Assembly: GCF_963921235.1 (NCBI RefSeq)
Contig: NC_086098.1
Location: 6,386,001 to 6,450,000, forward strand
Reading direction: 5' to 3'
Length of the DNA: 64,000 nucleotides
DNA from: Mobula hypostoma
Lineage: Eukaryota
In this document: one piece after another, positions 22,435-35,194 of the stretch
Layout: the number at the start of each line of letters is the position of its first letter
How positions within the stretch are numbered: position 1 is the first letter of the stretch
The notes under the pieces: generated by a model
What the model saw: only the letters and a program-made list of their open reading frames with translations
What the model was told of the DNA's origin: nothing
Database searches by the model: none
Program-made: the position numbers and the translations under genes

Positions 22435-25400
22435 CTATTGCAAAGAGACTTCAGGGAGTTAGGTACAAAGTTGAAGAACAGGATCTCCAGGGTTGCAATC
22501 TTGGGATTGCTACCCGTGCCACGTGCTAGTGAGGCTAGAAATAGGAAGATAATGCAGCTAAATACGAGGCGAAGGAGATGGAGCAGGATGGAGGGCTTCA
22601 TGTCTCTGGACAATTGGGCCTTGTTCCAGGGAAGGTGGGACCTGTTCCGACGGGACGGGTTGCACCTGAACTGGAAGGGGACTAACATCCTTGCGGGTTG
22701 ATTTGCTGGCGCTGCTCCAGGGGGTTTAAACTAGATTAGCGGTAAGAATCACAAGCAGAATCTGATCGTCACCTCATGGAACATATGAACTCCCGACTCA
22801 CCAGAGAGGGCGCGCTTTGTGAAGAGAAAGGAGGGTACACATTCTTCTGGTCTGGCAGGCCCAAAGAAGAGCGAAGAGAATCTGGTGTGTGGTTGGCTAT
22901 CAAGAACTGCCTCACAGCAAAGCTACCAACCCTGCCTGTTGCTGTAAATGAAAGAATACAGACCTTGCGTACACCTTTGCAAGGAAAACGCCACCTCACC
23001 ATAGTCAACATTTATGCCCCAACTCTGACTAATCCCGGTGAAGTTATGGAGGCTGAAAACCACCGTCAGTAGCGTGGCAACTTCCGATAAGCTGCTGTTG
23101 CTGGGAGACTTTAATGCTCGGGTTGGCAAGGAGTCCATTCTGTGGCCTGGTGTGACTAGACGCCAAGGGGTTGGCAACAGTAACGGTAACAGTCTACTGC
23201 TCCTCTCGATGTGCACAGAATTCAAACTGTGCATTACTAACACACTGTTCAGATTGCCAGACAAGCTCAAATGCACATGGATGCACCCATGATCTAAAAG
23301 CTGGCATCTCATTGACTATGTCATCACCCGACAACGAGACATCTCTGACGTTCGTATCACCAGAGTTAAGCGTGGAGCTGAGTGCTCAACTGATCATCAG
23401 ATGGTGTGGTCGGATCTATGTCTATCGAACAAACCTCCACGCAGACTGAATGCTGTCAAACCACCCAAAAAGCTGAACACCACCAAATTGAAACATCGCG
23501 AGTGTGCAGATGCCCTGAAATCCTCTATGGAAACTGCTCTAAGCAGACTGGTTGAGAATCCACCAGACGATATTACTGAGCACAGGAATGCCTTCAAAGA
23601 AACGGTCTACAGCGCTGCCCAGGACACCTCGGGGAAAGTCAAGCACAAGCATCAGGACTGGTTTGATGAGAGCAACCAATCTGTGCAAGACCTTCTAAGA
23701 GCTAAGGCAGCCACACACCAGACTCCTCTTCGACACCCAAATTAAAGTTCCAAAAAAAGTGCCTTTTTGAGTGCAAAATCAACTTTGCAGAGGCAGCTCA
23801 GGGCTATGAAAGACCAGTGGTGGGTGAACAAGGCCAAGGAGTTACAAGCCTTCACTGACTGTAGTGACTCAAGAAGCTTCTATGAAGCAACCAAGGTTGT
23901 GTGTGGTCCATCAAAACAAGGCACCTCACAATTCCTGAGCAAGGACAGTACATCCATCTTCACTGAGAAGTCAGAGCACATGAAAAGATGGCAAGAACAC
24001 TTCCACGAGCTGTTGAACAGACCAGGAACCATCACCGATGAAGCACTGGGCAGAGTACACCCTCGACCTGTACTGTTCGAGCTAGATGCTCCCCTTACTC
24101 TTCACAAGGTCATGAAACCCATCAAACAGCTCAAACCCAACAAAGCACCAGGGCCTGACGGTATCGCAGCCGAGATCTACCCATATGGTTGTCACACACT
24201 GACATCATGCCTGCACCAGCTGTTCACAAAGTTGTGGGGAGCTGTTCATCTAACCGAAGGATTTGACACTGTTGGTAGAGATGCCCTGTGGAAGCTCCTA
24301 CCAAAATTCGGTTGCGCCCCCACACCTAACCAACATCATCCGTCAGTTACACGAAGACATGGAAGGTTGCATCAACATGTGTGGTGTGTTGTCAGACCCA
24401 TTTTTCATCAGTAACGGTGTAAAACAGGGTTGTGTCTGGCTCCTACTCTGTTTGGACTATTCTTCACTGCTGTTCTTCAGGATGCCACATCAGACCTGAA
24501 GTTAGGGGTCTTCCTACAAACGTGGGCTGATGGCGGGCTCCTCAACCTCGCAAGATTGAGAGCGAAAACAAAAGTCAGGGTCAGGATGAGCTACAGTCTG
24601 TTGATGACTGTGCACTGGTTGCCCACTCTCTCGAAGACTTACAGGAGATCACCAGTTGCTTTGCCAGTGCAGCCAAAAGCTTCAGACTGACAATCAGCTT
24701 GAAACAGACGGTGGTTTTGTACCAACCGGCTCCTGGCTCAAGCTATGAAGAACCAGCTGTCCTCATTGATGACACTCGTCTCAATGCTGTCAACAAGTTT
24801 TGCTACCTGGGCAGCATAATAACATCCTCACCTTCTCTGGATGTAGAGATTGAGTCAAGAACCAGAAAAGCCTGCTTTGCCTTTGGTCAGCTGAACATCA
24901 GGTTGGCCACCAAGTGCAAGGTATACAGGGCCGTTGTCATATCAACCTTGTTATACGGATGTGAGACATGGTGCCAATATCAGAGACACTTACGCCAGCT
25001 TGACCAATTGCAGCAGCGTCACCTACGTTCTCTGATGAAGATCACCTGGCGAGACAAGGTCTCCAATACCGAGGTCCTCTCTCGAGCCGGAATGCCAGCC
25101 GTTTCAACCTTGGTGATGTCAGCCAAACTGCGCCGGGCAGGACATGTTGTCAGAATGCCTGACGGAAGACTGTCCAAGGACATCTTGTATGGCCAACTGT
25201 CCAGTAGTACCCAAAAACGAGGAGGCTGCGACTACGGTACAAGGATGTTCTACACAAGAGCCTCAAGAAAGCTGACATTGCCCCATCACCATGGGAGAGT
25301 CTGGCTCAAGATCGCTCACAGTGGAGAGAGGCCATCAGAAAAGGTGTGGACGCTGCTGAGAACAAGCTCAACGAGGCAACAGAGAAAAGGCACAGGAAAC

Positions 25401-28400
25401 ACCACAACAGAGCTTCTGACCCGATGCCCCTCCAGGCCTCACCTGCCAGGTATGTGGCAAGCAGTGACTGTCAAAGATCGGCCTGCATAGCCACTCCAGG
25501 ATGCACATATCAAACCCCACTAACTGACTGAAAGGAACCATCATCATCCTATGGGATGGATAGCCAGAGAGGAACTAGATTTGCAGGGGGAGGGGAACCA
25601 GAGTGTTCGAGCAGATAGTGAGGTGGGGGAGGATAAAGGTCATGCGAGGACTGTATGTATAGACAGAAATCAAAGGTTTGTATGTGATAGAAATTTTCTC
25701 AGGTGCATCTATTTCAATGCAAGGAGTATTGTAGGTAAAGCAGATGAGCTTAGGGTGTGGATTGGCACGTGGGATTACGGCATTATTGCTATTAGTGAGA
25801 CTTGGCTGCAGGAGGGGCAGGACTGGCAGTTTAATGTTCCGGGGTTCCGTTGTTTCAGACGTGATAGAGGGGGAGGGATGAAAGGGGGAGGAGTGGCATT
25901 ACTAGTCAGGGAATATATCACAGCTGTGCATAGACAGGACAGCCCGAAGGGCTTGTCTACAGAGGCCATATGGGTGGAGCTGAGCAATGGGAAAGGTGTG
26001 ACCACACTAATAGGGTTGTATTTTAGACCGCCCAATAGTCAGAAACAGAAAGTTGTAATAGTCAGGGACTTTAACTTTCAACATATTGACTGGGACTCCC
26101 ACACTGTGAAAGGGCTAGATGGCTTGGAGTTTGTCAAATATGTCTAGGAAAGTTTTCTAAATCAATATATAGAGGTACCTACGAGATAGGATGCAATATT
26201 TGATCTCCTATTAGGGAACCAGACAGGTCAGGTGACAGAAGTATGTGTAGGCGAATATTTTGGGTCCAGTGAGCATAATGTCATTAGTTTCAAGTTAATT
26301 ATGGATAAGGATAGGTCTGGTTCTCGAGTTGAGGTTTTAAATTGGAGAAGAGCCAATTCTGTGGAAATGAGAAAGGATCTAGGAAGAGTGGATTGGGATA
26401 AGTTGTTTTCTGGCAAGGATGTGTTCAGTATGTGGAAGGCCTTCAAAGATGAAATTTTGAGAGTGCAGAGTTTGCATGTTCCTGCCAGGATTAAAGGCAA
26501 AGTTAACAGGCATAGGGAACCTTGGTTTTCAAGGGATATTGGCGATCTGGTTAAGAAAAAGAGAGAGGTGTATAGCAGGTATAGGCAACAAAGAACAAAT
26601 GAGGTACTTGAAGAGTATAGAAAATGTAAGAAAATACTAAAGAAGGAAATCAGGGAGGCAAAAAGAAGACATGAGGTTGCTTTGGCAGATAATGTGAAGG
26701 TAAACCCGAAGGGTTTCTACAAGTATATTAAGAGTAAAAGGATAATAAGGGACAAAATTGGTCCCATAGAAGATCAGAGTGGTCGTCTATGTGTGGAGCT
26801 TCATGAGATGGGGGAGATCTTAAACAGTTTTTTTGCATCAGTATTTACTCGGGAAACTTTTGTAGTGTATACGGAAGGAAGGGAAACAAGCAGTAGTGTC
26901 ATGGAACATACAGAGATTAAAGAGGAGGAGGTGCTTGCTGCATTACAGCGAATAAAAGTAGATAAATCCCCCGGACCTGACATGATATTTCCTTGGACCT
27001 TGAGAGAGACTAGAGTAGAAATTGCAGGGGCACTGGCAGAAATATTTAAAATATCCTTAGCCACAGGTGCGGTGCCGGAAGATTGGAGGGTAGCTCATGT
27101 TGTTCCGTTGTTTAAAAAAGGCTCCAAAAGTAAACCGGGTAATTACAGGCTGGTGAGCCTGACATCAGCAGTAGGTAAATTATTGGAAGGTGTTCTGAGA
27201 GATCGGATATACAAGTATTTGGACAGCCAAGGGCTGATTAAGGATAGTCAGCATGGCTGAGTGCATGGTAGATCGTGTTTTACGAATCTTGTAGAGTTTT
27301 TTGAGGAGGTTACCAAGAAAGTAGATGAAGGAAAGCTGTGGGTGTTGTCTACATGGATTTTAGTAAGGCCTTTGACAAGGTCCCCCATGGGAGGTTAGTT
27401 CAGAAGGTTCAGACACTAGGTATCCATGGAGAGGTTGTAAACTGGATTCAAAATTGGCTGTGTGGGAGAAGACAGAGAGTGGTAGTGGATGATTGCTTCT
27501 CAGACTGGAAGCCTGTGACTAGTGGTGTGCCTCAGGGATCTGTGCTGGGACCATTGTTGTTTGTCGTCCATATCAATGATCTAGATGATAATGTGGTAAA
27601 TTGGATCAGCAAGTTTGCTGATGACACTAAGATTGGAGGTGTTGTGGACAGCGAGGAAGGCTTTCAAAGCTTGCAGAGGGATCTGGACCAACTGAAAAAA
27701 TGGGCCAGAAAATGGCAGATGGAATTTAATACAGACAAGTGTGAGGTGTTGCGTTTTGGAAGGACAAATCAAGGTAGGACATATACAGTAAATGGTTGGG
27801 CACTGAGGAGTGCGGAGGAACAAAGGGATCTGGGAATTCAGATACATAATTCCCTGAAAGTGGCGTCACAGGTAGACAGAGTTGTAAAGAAGGCTTTTGG
27901 CATCCTGGCATTCATAAATCAAAGTATTGAGTACAGGAGTTGGGATGTTATGGTGAGGTTGTATAAGACATTGGTGAGGCCAAATTTGGAGTATTGTGTG
28001 CAGTTCTGGTCACCCAACTATAAGAAGGATATCAGTAAGATTGAAAGAGTGCAGAGTAAGATTGAAAGAAGACTTACTAGGATGTTGCTGGGTCTTCAGG
28101 AGTTGAGTTACAGGAGAAGATTGAATAGGTTAGGACTTTATTCCTTGGAGTGTAGAAAAATGAGGGGAGATTTAATAGAGGTTTACAAAATTATGAGGGG
28201 TATAGACAGAGTAAGTGCAAATAGGCTCCTTCCACTTGGATTAGGAGAGATAAATACGAAAGGACATGGCTTTAGGGTGAAAGGGGAAAGGTTTAGGGGG
28301 AACTTCTTCAATCAGAGAGTGGTGGGAGTGTGGAATGAGCTGCCATCTGATGTGGTAAATGCGGGCTCACTCTTAAGTTTTAAGAATAAATTGGATAGAT

Positions 28401-28518
28401 ACATGGATGGGAGAGGTCTGCAGGGTTATGGACTGGATGAAGGTCAATGGGATTTACGGAATAAAGTTTCGGCACAGACTGGAAGGGCTGAATAGAGTCC
28501 TATGGTTCTCTGGTTCTA
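22435..28518 (+). mobile_element. Near full-length CR1: ORF1 SGNH-esterase-like C-terminus plus whole ORF2 (APE + RT), split by an RTE
   Basis: ORF1 ..RVAILGLLPVPRA..DLFRRDGLHLNWKGTNIL (22435-22733). ORF2 CIYFNARSI..IAISETWL, KSPGPD, GVPQGSVLGP, KFADDTK (25582-28495). Tail ctatggttct. Confidence 0.93.
22738..25572 (+). mobile_element. RTE (BovB-like clade) LINE, degenerate, nearly full coding length
   Basis: YTFFWSG..IYAPTL, LLLGDFNARVG, KAPGPDGI, GVKQGC, LLYGCETW, AGHVVRMPDGRLSKDILYG. 9-bp TSD AACTAGATT at 22729-22737 and 25573-25581. Confidence 0.92.
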
Positions 28519-29291
28519 TTAATTTGCTCTCAAACAACTACTCCTGACTCAGTAAAAAAAAATCCTGTGAAAGTGAAACTTCAGCCTAGAAATCAATATC
28601 CAAGTTAAAATTATTTAAACTCTATTACCTTCTGAACATCTAGTTTAAAAAGATGATGAAAATGATGTTGGTGAACATGGCTGTAATGAAACATCAGTTC
28701 TAAGTTATTTCTTGCAAACCCAGGTGTTGTGGCTTGCATTGATTTAAGAGTCCTGGAATGATGTTGTCATCTGTCATGCAAGTCAATTGTAATCTTCAGA
28801 ACTTTTTAAAGCAGTTTGGAAAAATGTCATTTCTGCCTTCAAAGGCAGCCCTGCTGCCCTGAAATAGCTGAAATGTCAAAGCTTACTGACAAAATGTTTT
28901 GAAAAGACTCAGTACATGTATTTTGAGACAAGCAACATAAAGCATAAAACTAATTGCAAGAAAATCAAGGGAGCCCAAGAGACATGCGTCTTGGTTTCGT
29001 TTTTATTTTAACCGAGTCGCACACGCCTGGCATGGTGACATGATGACATATACCATTCACGTACGTTTACATATAACCCACAATGCGTGATGCAAATCAA
29101 AAAGATTGCTTAATCAATCAATGTATTTACAATATTACTCAAATATTACTGATGTATTAAGTACACAGCAAGCAGAAAAGATCTCTTTGTGGTTTCTATC
29201 ACAGGCACTAGTGAGACTCTCCGATCATATAGACAGAGTGTATAACCTCGCACTTTGTAAAGAACAGACATTCCACAACTAGAATATTTTT

Positions 29292-29950
29292 AGAGTCATA
29301 GAAAAGTACAGCACAGAAACAGGCCCTTTAGCTCATCCAGTCCGTGCTGAACTATTGAAACTGCCTGCTCCCATTGACCTGCACCGACACCATAGCACTC
29401 CACACCCCTACAATCCATGTACCTATCAAACCTTCTCTTAAATGTTCAGATCAAACTCTCATGCACCACTTGTACAGACAGCTCATTCCACATTCTCTCA
29501 GTCCTCTGAGTGAAGGAGTTTCCCCTCATGTTCTCCTTAAACTTTTCACCTTTCAACTTTAACCTATGACCTCTGGTTGTAATTCTATCCAACTTCAGTT
29601 GAAAAAAGCCTGAAAGCCTGCTTGCATATACCCTAACTATACCCCTCGTAATTTTGTATACCTCTATCAAATCTCCTCTCAATTTTCTATATGTTCCAAG
29701 GCATAAAGTCCTAACCTATTCAATCTTTCCTGTAAACTCAGGTCCTCCAGACTCGGCAACATCCTTGTAAATTTTCTGGGTACTCTTTCAACCTTGTTTG
29801 CATCTTTCCTATAGGTCGGTGACCAAAACTGCACACAATACTCCAAATTAGGCCTCACCAATATCTCATACAACTTAACCTAATACCTTCATCTCCTGAA
29901 CTCAATAGTTTGATTTCTAAAGGAAGGCCAACATGCCAAAAGCTTTCTTT
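29292..29950 (-). mobile_element. CR1 3' fragment
   Basis: LVRPNLEYCVQFWSP..RGDLIEVYKI..NSFTQR. Confidence 0.85.
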
Positions 29951-30587
29951 CTTTGTTGTACATCTGAGGGGGAATCTCATTGAAACCTACCAAATATTGA
30001 AAAGCCAAGATAAATACTATAAGACTATAAGAGACATTCCTCTGTTCTGAGAGTGTGCACTCTCATCTGAGACTCCTCCACTATAGGAAACATTCTCTCC
30101 ACATCCACCCTCTTTCAGTCTTCCATTATTCAAAAGGTTTCAATGAGATAATCTCTCCCTCATTCGTTTAAATTCCTGCAAGTACAGAGTGGATGTGGAA
30201 TGGATGGGAGAACGAGGGCAAGTGTTTTTTTAATTTAAAGTAGTGTTTTATAGGTTCTTGATTATTTATTTTATTTAGCAATACAACATGTTAACACCTT
30301 AACTAGTCCGCCACTCCCAATAACACCCAAGTGACCAGTTAACAGACCTCTTTTGAATGTGAGACGAATCTGGGACACCCAGAAAAAACCCATGCAGTCT
30401 CAATGAGAATATAAAAATGCCTTACAGACAGCAGCGGTAATTGAACCTAGTCATGGCATCACAGTTTATGGGGAGAAGGCAAGAGAATGGGATCAAGAGG
30501 GAAAACAAAGGAGCCACAATCGAATTGCAGTAGACGCAATGGGCCAAATGCCCTAATCTTCTCCTACTCTGCTTCTCTGTCTTATGG

Positions 30588-31321
30588 CAGGGATCCCCAA
30601 CCTTTTCTGCACCGCGGACCGGTTTAATATCGACAATATTCTTGCAGACCGGCCAACCCGGTGCGGGGGGGGGTGTTCAGGTAGGGTTAAACTCACGTCA
30701 ACATGTCTTTTACAGTTAGGGTTGCCAACTTTCTCACTCTCAAGTAAGGGACAAAAGTAGCAGTCAAATACGGGACACTTGTGTTTACCCCGAGAAAGAC
30801 TACCATGACCATGACGCCTTGCGCGGGCACCTGTGTGCACATGAGCGTACGTGCCGATTTTTTTTCCCACAAATTGATTTCGGCTTCATCTTCCTGACTA
30901 CATTGTACATACATTATTTCTACTGTATATAGGCTGTGTATTTATCATATCATTCCTGCTTTTACTGTATGTTAGTGTTATTTTAGGTTTTATGTGTTAT
31001 TTGGTATGGTTTGGTAGGTTATTTTTTGGGTCTGGGAATGCTCAGAAATTTTTCCCATATAAATTAATGGTAATTGCTTCTTCGCTTCACGCTATTTCCG
31101 CACGAAAGGTTTCATAGGAATGCTTTACCTTAGCGGGGGAAATACGGGACAAGGGCGGTCCTGAATGGGACAAACCAATTTAGCCTGATATACGGGATGT
31201 CCCAGCTAATACAGGACAGTTGGTAACCCTATGTTCTAGTTCAACAGTGCGTGATAGGGAATGAGGAAAGGTGCAGCTGACTCATATTGTTTCCTTGCGG
31301 CCCGGTGGTTGGGGACCGCTG
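30588..31321. mobile_element. Non-autonomous hAT (Charlie-type) DNA transposon
   Basis: TIRs CAGGGATCCCCAACC / GGTTGGGGACCGCTG. 8-bp TSD tcttatgg (30580-30587) / ccttatgg (31322-31329). Confidence 0.85.
30717..31231. mobile_element. Nested hAT (Blackjack/Tip100-like) element inside the Charlie-type element
   Basis: TIRs TAGGGTTGCCAACT / AGTTGGTAACCCTA with several subterminal (C/A/T)GGGAC motifs. No clean TSD. Confidence 0.65.
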
Positions 31322-31629
31322 CCTTATGGTCATTACAGTAGTGTGCAAACGTTTTATATATATATATAGCTAGAGTAGGAGGAGCTAGAAACGATGGCAC
31401 CAGAGGCACCAGAGGTTTTTGCAGACCCAGGTGATTTCTTTCATGTTCGTCCGTGAAACAGCTTCTTCTTTTCTCATGTCTATCTTCACTTTTCAATGTG
31501 GCTAGGATCCTGTCAGAGTCCATGCTTTACAGCTGCAGCACAAACTATGGTTCTCCACCCTCACCACTCCCAACATCTTTTGCTCCAGCCAGGTTTACAA
31601 ACCCACTATCCTCTCCACTTTCATAAGTG

Positions 31630-31696
31630 CAATACTGTGCAAAAGTCTGAGGAACCCAGGCTACATATTTGTGCCTAAGACTTCTGTACAGTACTG
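31630..31696. mobile_element. Tiny palindromic Tc1-type MITE
   Basis: caatactgtgcaaaagtctgagg..cctaagacttctgtacagtactg. Confidence 0.6.
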
Positions 31697-32579
31697 TACG
31701 TGGAAACATACAGTGAACTGCGTTGTTTGCATTAAAAATGAACATGCCCAAGGATGCACTGACGTCAGCACATGTTCCAGTGCCAATACTGCACGTCCAC
31801 CACGCTCAGCAGAACAACACAAGCTGCAGAAAGAAACAAAAACAGTGTAAAACTGGACTACAACAAGAACAACACACACAAACTGTTGGAGGAACTAAGT
31901 CGGTCAAGCAGCATTTGTGGAAGTGAATCAACAGTTGGCTTTTCAGACTGAGATCGGGTCCTGTGGAAGAGCCTGTTACTGTGCTATATCTCTACATAAT
32001 AATGAAAGTGGCATTAAATTGAAATATACTAATCACAAGCCTGTAAAAAAATGTGTTGAAGGTTGCACTTGTAACAAACACAATTTTAAAGCCAGGGATA
32101 TTCTCAATGCTGAGTCATTCCTTGTGAAGAGGTTGCCAGTTTTGAAACTGGGCCTGTTCATAACACAACATGTTTTAACTCGTACAAATGATAGAGAAGT
32201 TAAATGTACATTGAACAGAATTTGCGCTTAAAATGTCACTTTAGTTTGGTGAATTCTTGGAAAGTCATACTCCATCAAGCAGAAATTCTAGACCTCAGTC
32301 TATTATTAGAATGAAGAAACAAGATAGGGGATATTATGCTACTAAGTAAATAACTTAGATTACAATCATGGGAAGGAAATAGTTGAGAAAATTTGTAGGC
32401 AATTTAATTGGGGATGGAAGAATGATAGGCTTATGATAGGTACATGGATGGGAGGGATATGGAGAGCTCTGGTCCAGATACAAGCCAATGGAACAAGGCC
32501 GGCTAAAGGTTTGGCACAGGCTAGGTAAGCCATGTGGCCTTTTATGTGCTGTAGTGTTCTATGACACTATATCTATGAA

Positions 32580-32917
32580 TAGAGGATTTCCATTGTCTGA
32601 AGATATCCTGGGTGGTGGGGTGGAGATATGTCTCCACCAGCAGAGTTGTAAGATGCTCCTTCCCAACGCTAGCCAGCAGGTCACCCTTGGTCAAGGTGCA
32701 GCACCTGCTTAGCCCCCTGACCAGGGTCATGTGACTCCATGGCAGCAGGTGGTGGATGGTCGTATGAGCAGCCGGTGCAGATCACAAGTCCTGGTTATAC
32801 AACCACTGACACCAGGCAGACAATCTCTGAAGAATAGTGATAGTGGCTGAGGTTACCTGTCTTGTAAAGATACTGCCTGAAAGAAAGCAATGGCAACCAC
32901 CTCTGTAGAACAATTTT
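32580..32917 (+). mobile_element. SINE-like element with RTE-type 3' motif
   Basis: Ends gaaagcaatggcaaccacctctgtagaa, resembling RTE/BovB-type 3' ends (recalled). Non-coding. Confidence 0.4.
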
Positions 32918-33244
32918 CTTATTTTTTTTTATCTTTGTTCTTTACTATTGATAATCTTATCTATCTTTCATCGTCATCATTAAATGTTGTGCTGTATGAC
33001 GTTGGTGATCATGGTCTTTCCACGAGGGAAGGGTTGCCTTTTACCTCATTTGGTAGCGACATACCTCCACCCCGACACGCATCTGTGATGAGGCGAGGGT
33101 TAAATCGATGTGTTGCTGGATGGCATCGGAAGGACTGGTTCTCTGTTGTAGTTCCAAATAAAATAAAATTAAAATTACATCTGTGTAGGCCCCAGCTTCT
33201 CTTCTTCTCAGCATAGATTAGATCAAAGTTCAAAGTAAATTTTA

Positions 33245-34515
33245 GCCTGCTTTCTATGGTGGGAGAGTCTAAGATCAGAGGAAATAGTCTCAGAATAGAG
33301 GGATGTCCTTTTAGAATGGAAATGAGGAGGAATTTCTTTAGCAAGAGTGTGGTGAATTTGAGGAATTCTTTGCCACAGGCAGCTCTGGCGGCCAAGTCTT
33401 TATGTGTATTTAAACATAGAACATAGAACATAGAATAGTACAGCACAGTACAGGCCCTTCGGCCCACAATGTTGTGCCGACCCTCAAACCCTGCTTCCCA
33501 TATAAGCCCTCTCCTTAAATTCCTCCATATACCTGTCTAGTCATCTCTTAAATTTCACTAGTGTATCTACCTCCACCACTGACTCAGGCAGTGCATTTCA
33601 CACACCAACCACTCTCTGAGTAAAAAACCTTCCTCTAATATCCCCCTTGAACTTCCCACCCCTTACCTTAAAGCCATGTCCTCTTGTATTGAGCAGTGGT
33701 GTCCTGGGGAAGAGGCGCTGGCTATCCACTCTATCTATTCCTCTTATTATCTTGTACACCTCTATCATGTCTCCTCTCATCCTCCTTCTCTCCAAAGAGT
33801 AAAGCCCTAGCTCCCTTAATCTCTGATCATAATGCATACTCTCTAAACCAGGCAGCATCCTGGTAAATCTCCTCTGTACCCTTTCCAATGCTTCCATATC
33901 CTTCCTATAGTGAGGTGACCAGAACTGGACACAATACTCCAAGTGTGGCTTAACCAGAGTTTTAAAGAGCTGCATCATTACCTCGCGACTCTTAAACTCT
34001 ATCCTTCGACTTATGAAAGCTAACACCCCGTAAGCTTTCTTAACTACCCTATCCACCTGCGAGGCAACTTTCAGGGATCTGTGGACATGTACCCCCAGAT
34101 CCCTCTGCTCCTCCACACTACCAAGTATCCTACCATTTACTTTGTACTCTGCCTTGAAGTTTGTCCTTCCAAAGTGTACCACCTCACACTTCTCCGGGTT
34201 GAACTCCATCTGCCACTTCTCAGCCCACTTCTGCATCCTATCAATGTCTCTCTGCAATCTTTGACAATCCTCTACACTATCTACAACACCATCAACCTTT
34301 GTGTCATCTGCAAACTTGCCAACCCACCCTTCTACCCCCACATTTAAGGCAGAGGTTGATAGATTCCTGACTGGTCAGGGCATGAAGGGATACCGTGAGA
34401 AGGCAGGAGATTGGGGCCGAGAAGAAAATTGGATCAGCTGCACTGAAATGGTGGAGCAGACTCGATGGGCCAAATGGCCTAATTCTGCTCCTGTAGGTTA
34501 TGGTCTTATGGTCTT
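33245..34515 (+). mobile_element. Older CR1 3' fragment, split by a young CR1
   Basis: gggagagtctaag..aggaggaatttcttt..gccaagtc|..atttaaggcagaggttgatagattc..(tatggtct)n tail. Confidence 0.75.
33414..34341 (-). mobile_element. Young CR1, 5'-truncated, with open 247-aa ORF2 C-terminus
   Basis: ORF 33598-34341 KFADDTK..LEYCVQFWSPH..FFTQRVV. (TTCTATG)n tail. TSD ATTTAA at 33408-33413 and 34342-34347. Confidence 0.93.
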
Positions 34516-34960
34516 ATTATCAAAGTACGTACTGTAGATATCACCATATACAACCCTGAGATTAATTTTCTTTCAGGCATACTCAGTAAATTTATAGAAT
34601 GGTAACTGCAACAGGATCAATGAAGGATCAACCACAGAGTGTAGATGACAACAAACTGCAAACACAAGTATAAAAAAAGCAACAAGTAATGCACACATGA
34701 GATAAAGTGTCCTTAAAGTGAAATCATTGGTTGTGGGAACATCTCAGTAGATAAGTGTAGTTATCCCCTTTTACTCAGGAGCCTGTTGGTTGAGGGGTAG
34801 TAACTGCTCTTGAACCAGATCATGCAAATCCTGAGGCATTTGTATCTTCTACCTGATGGCAGCAGTGAGAAGAGAGCATGGTCTGGGTGGTGAGGTTCTC
34901 TGATGGTGGATGCTGCTTCCCTACGACAGCGTTTCATAAAGATGTGCTCAATGGTTAGGG
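34515..34960 (-). mobile_element. Rex/Babar-type LINE 3' fragment
   Basis: CRREAASTIREPHHPDHALFSLLPSGRRY..SYYPSTNRLL. Confidence 0.7.
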
Positions 34961-35194
34961 CTTGCCTTCTTCTGGGCAGTGATGATATTGGATGATGGCA
35001 CACCATTGAGAGGCTTGATGGCCTACTTCTACTCCTATTTCCAGGCTTTTAGGCATTTTATCATTTCTGATGAGTCCAACAGAGGATCTCAGCCTGAGAC
35101 ATCAACTGTTGGTTCCTCTCCGGAGATGCTGCCTGACTGCTGAGTTCCTCCAGCAATTTGTGTGTGTTTTTCTCTGGATTTCAAAGATACAGAT

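Noticed and set aside
31236..31751. Possible host exon(s) (MDSDRILATLKSEDRHEKRR..; TFAQYCTYESGEDSG..)
   Set aside because: No recognisable domain and no convincing splice donor. The ORFs run into MITE and hAT sequence, and the segment looks repeat-derived.
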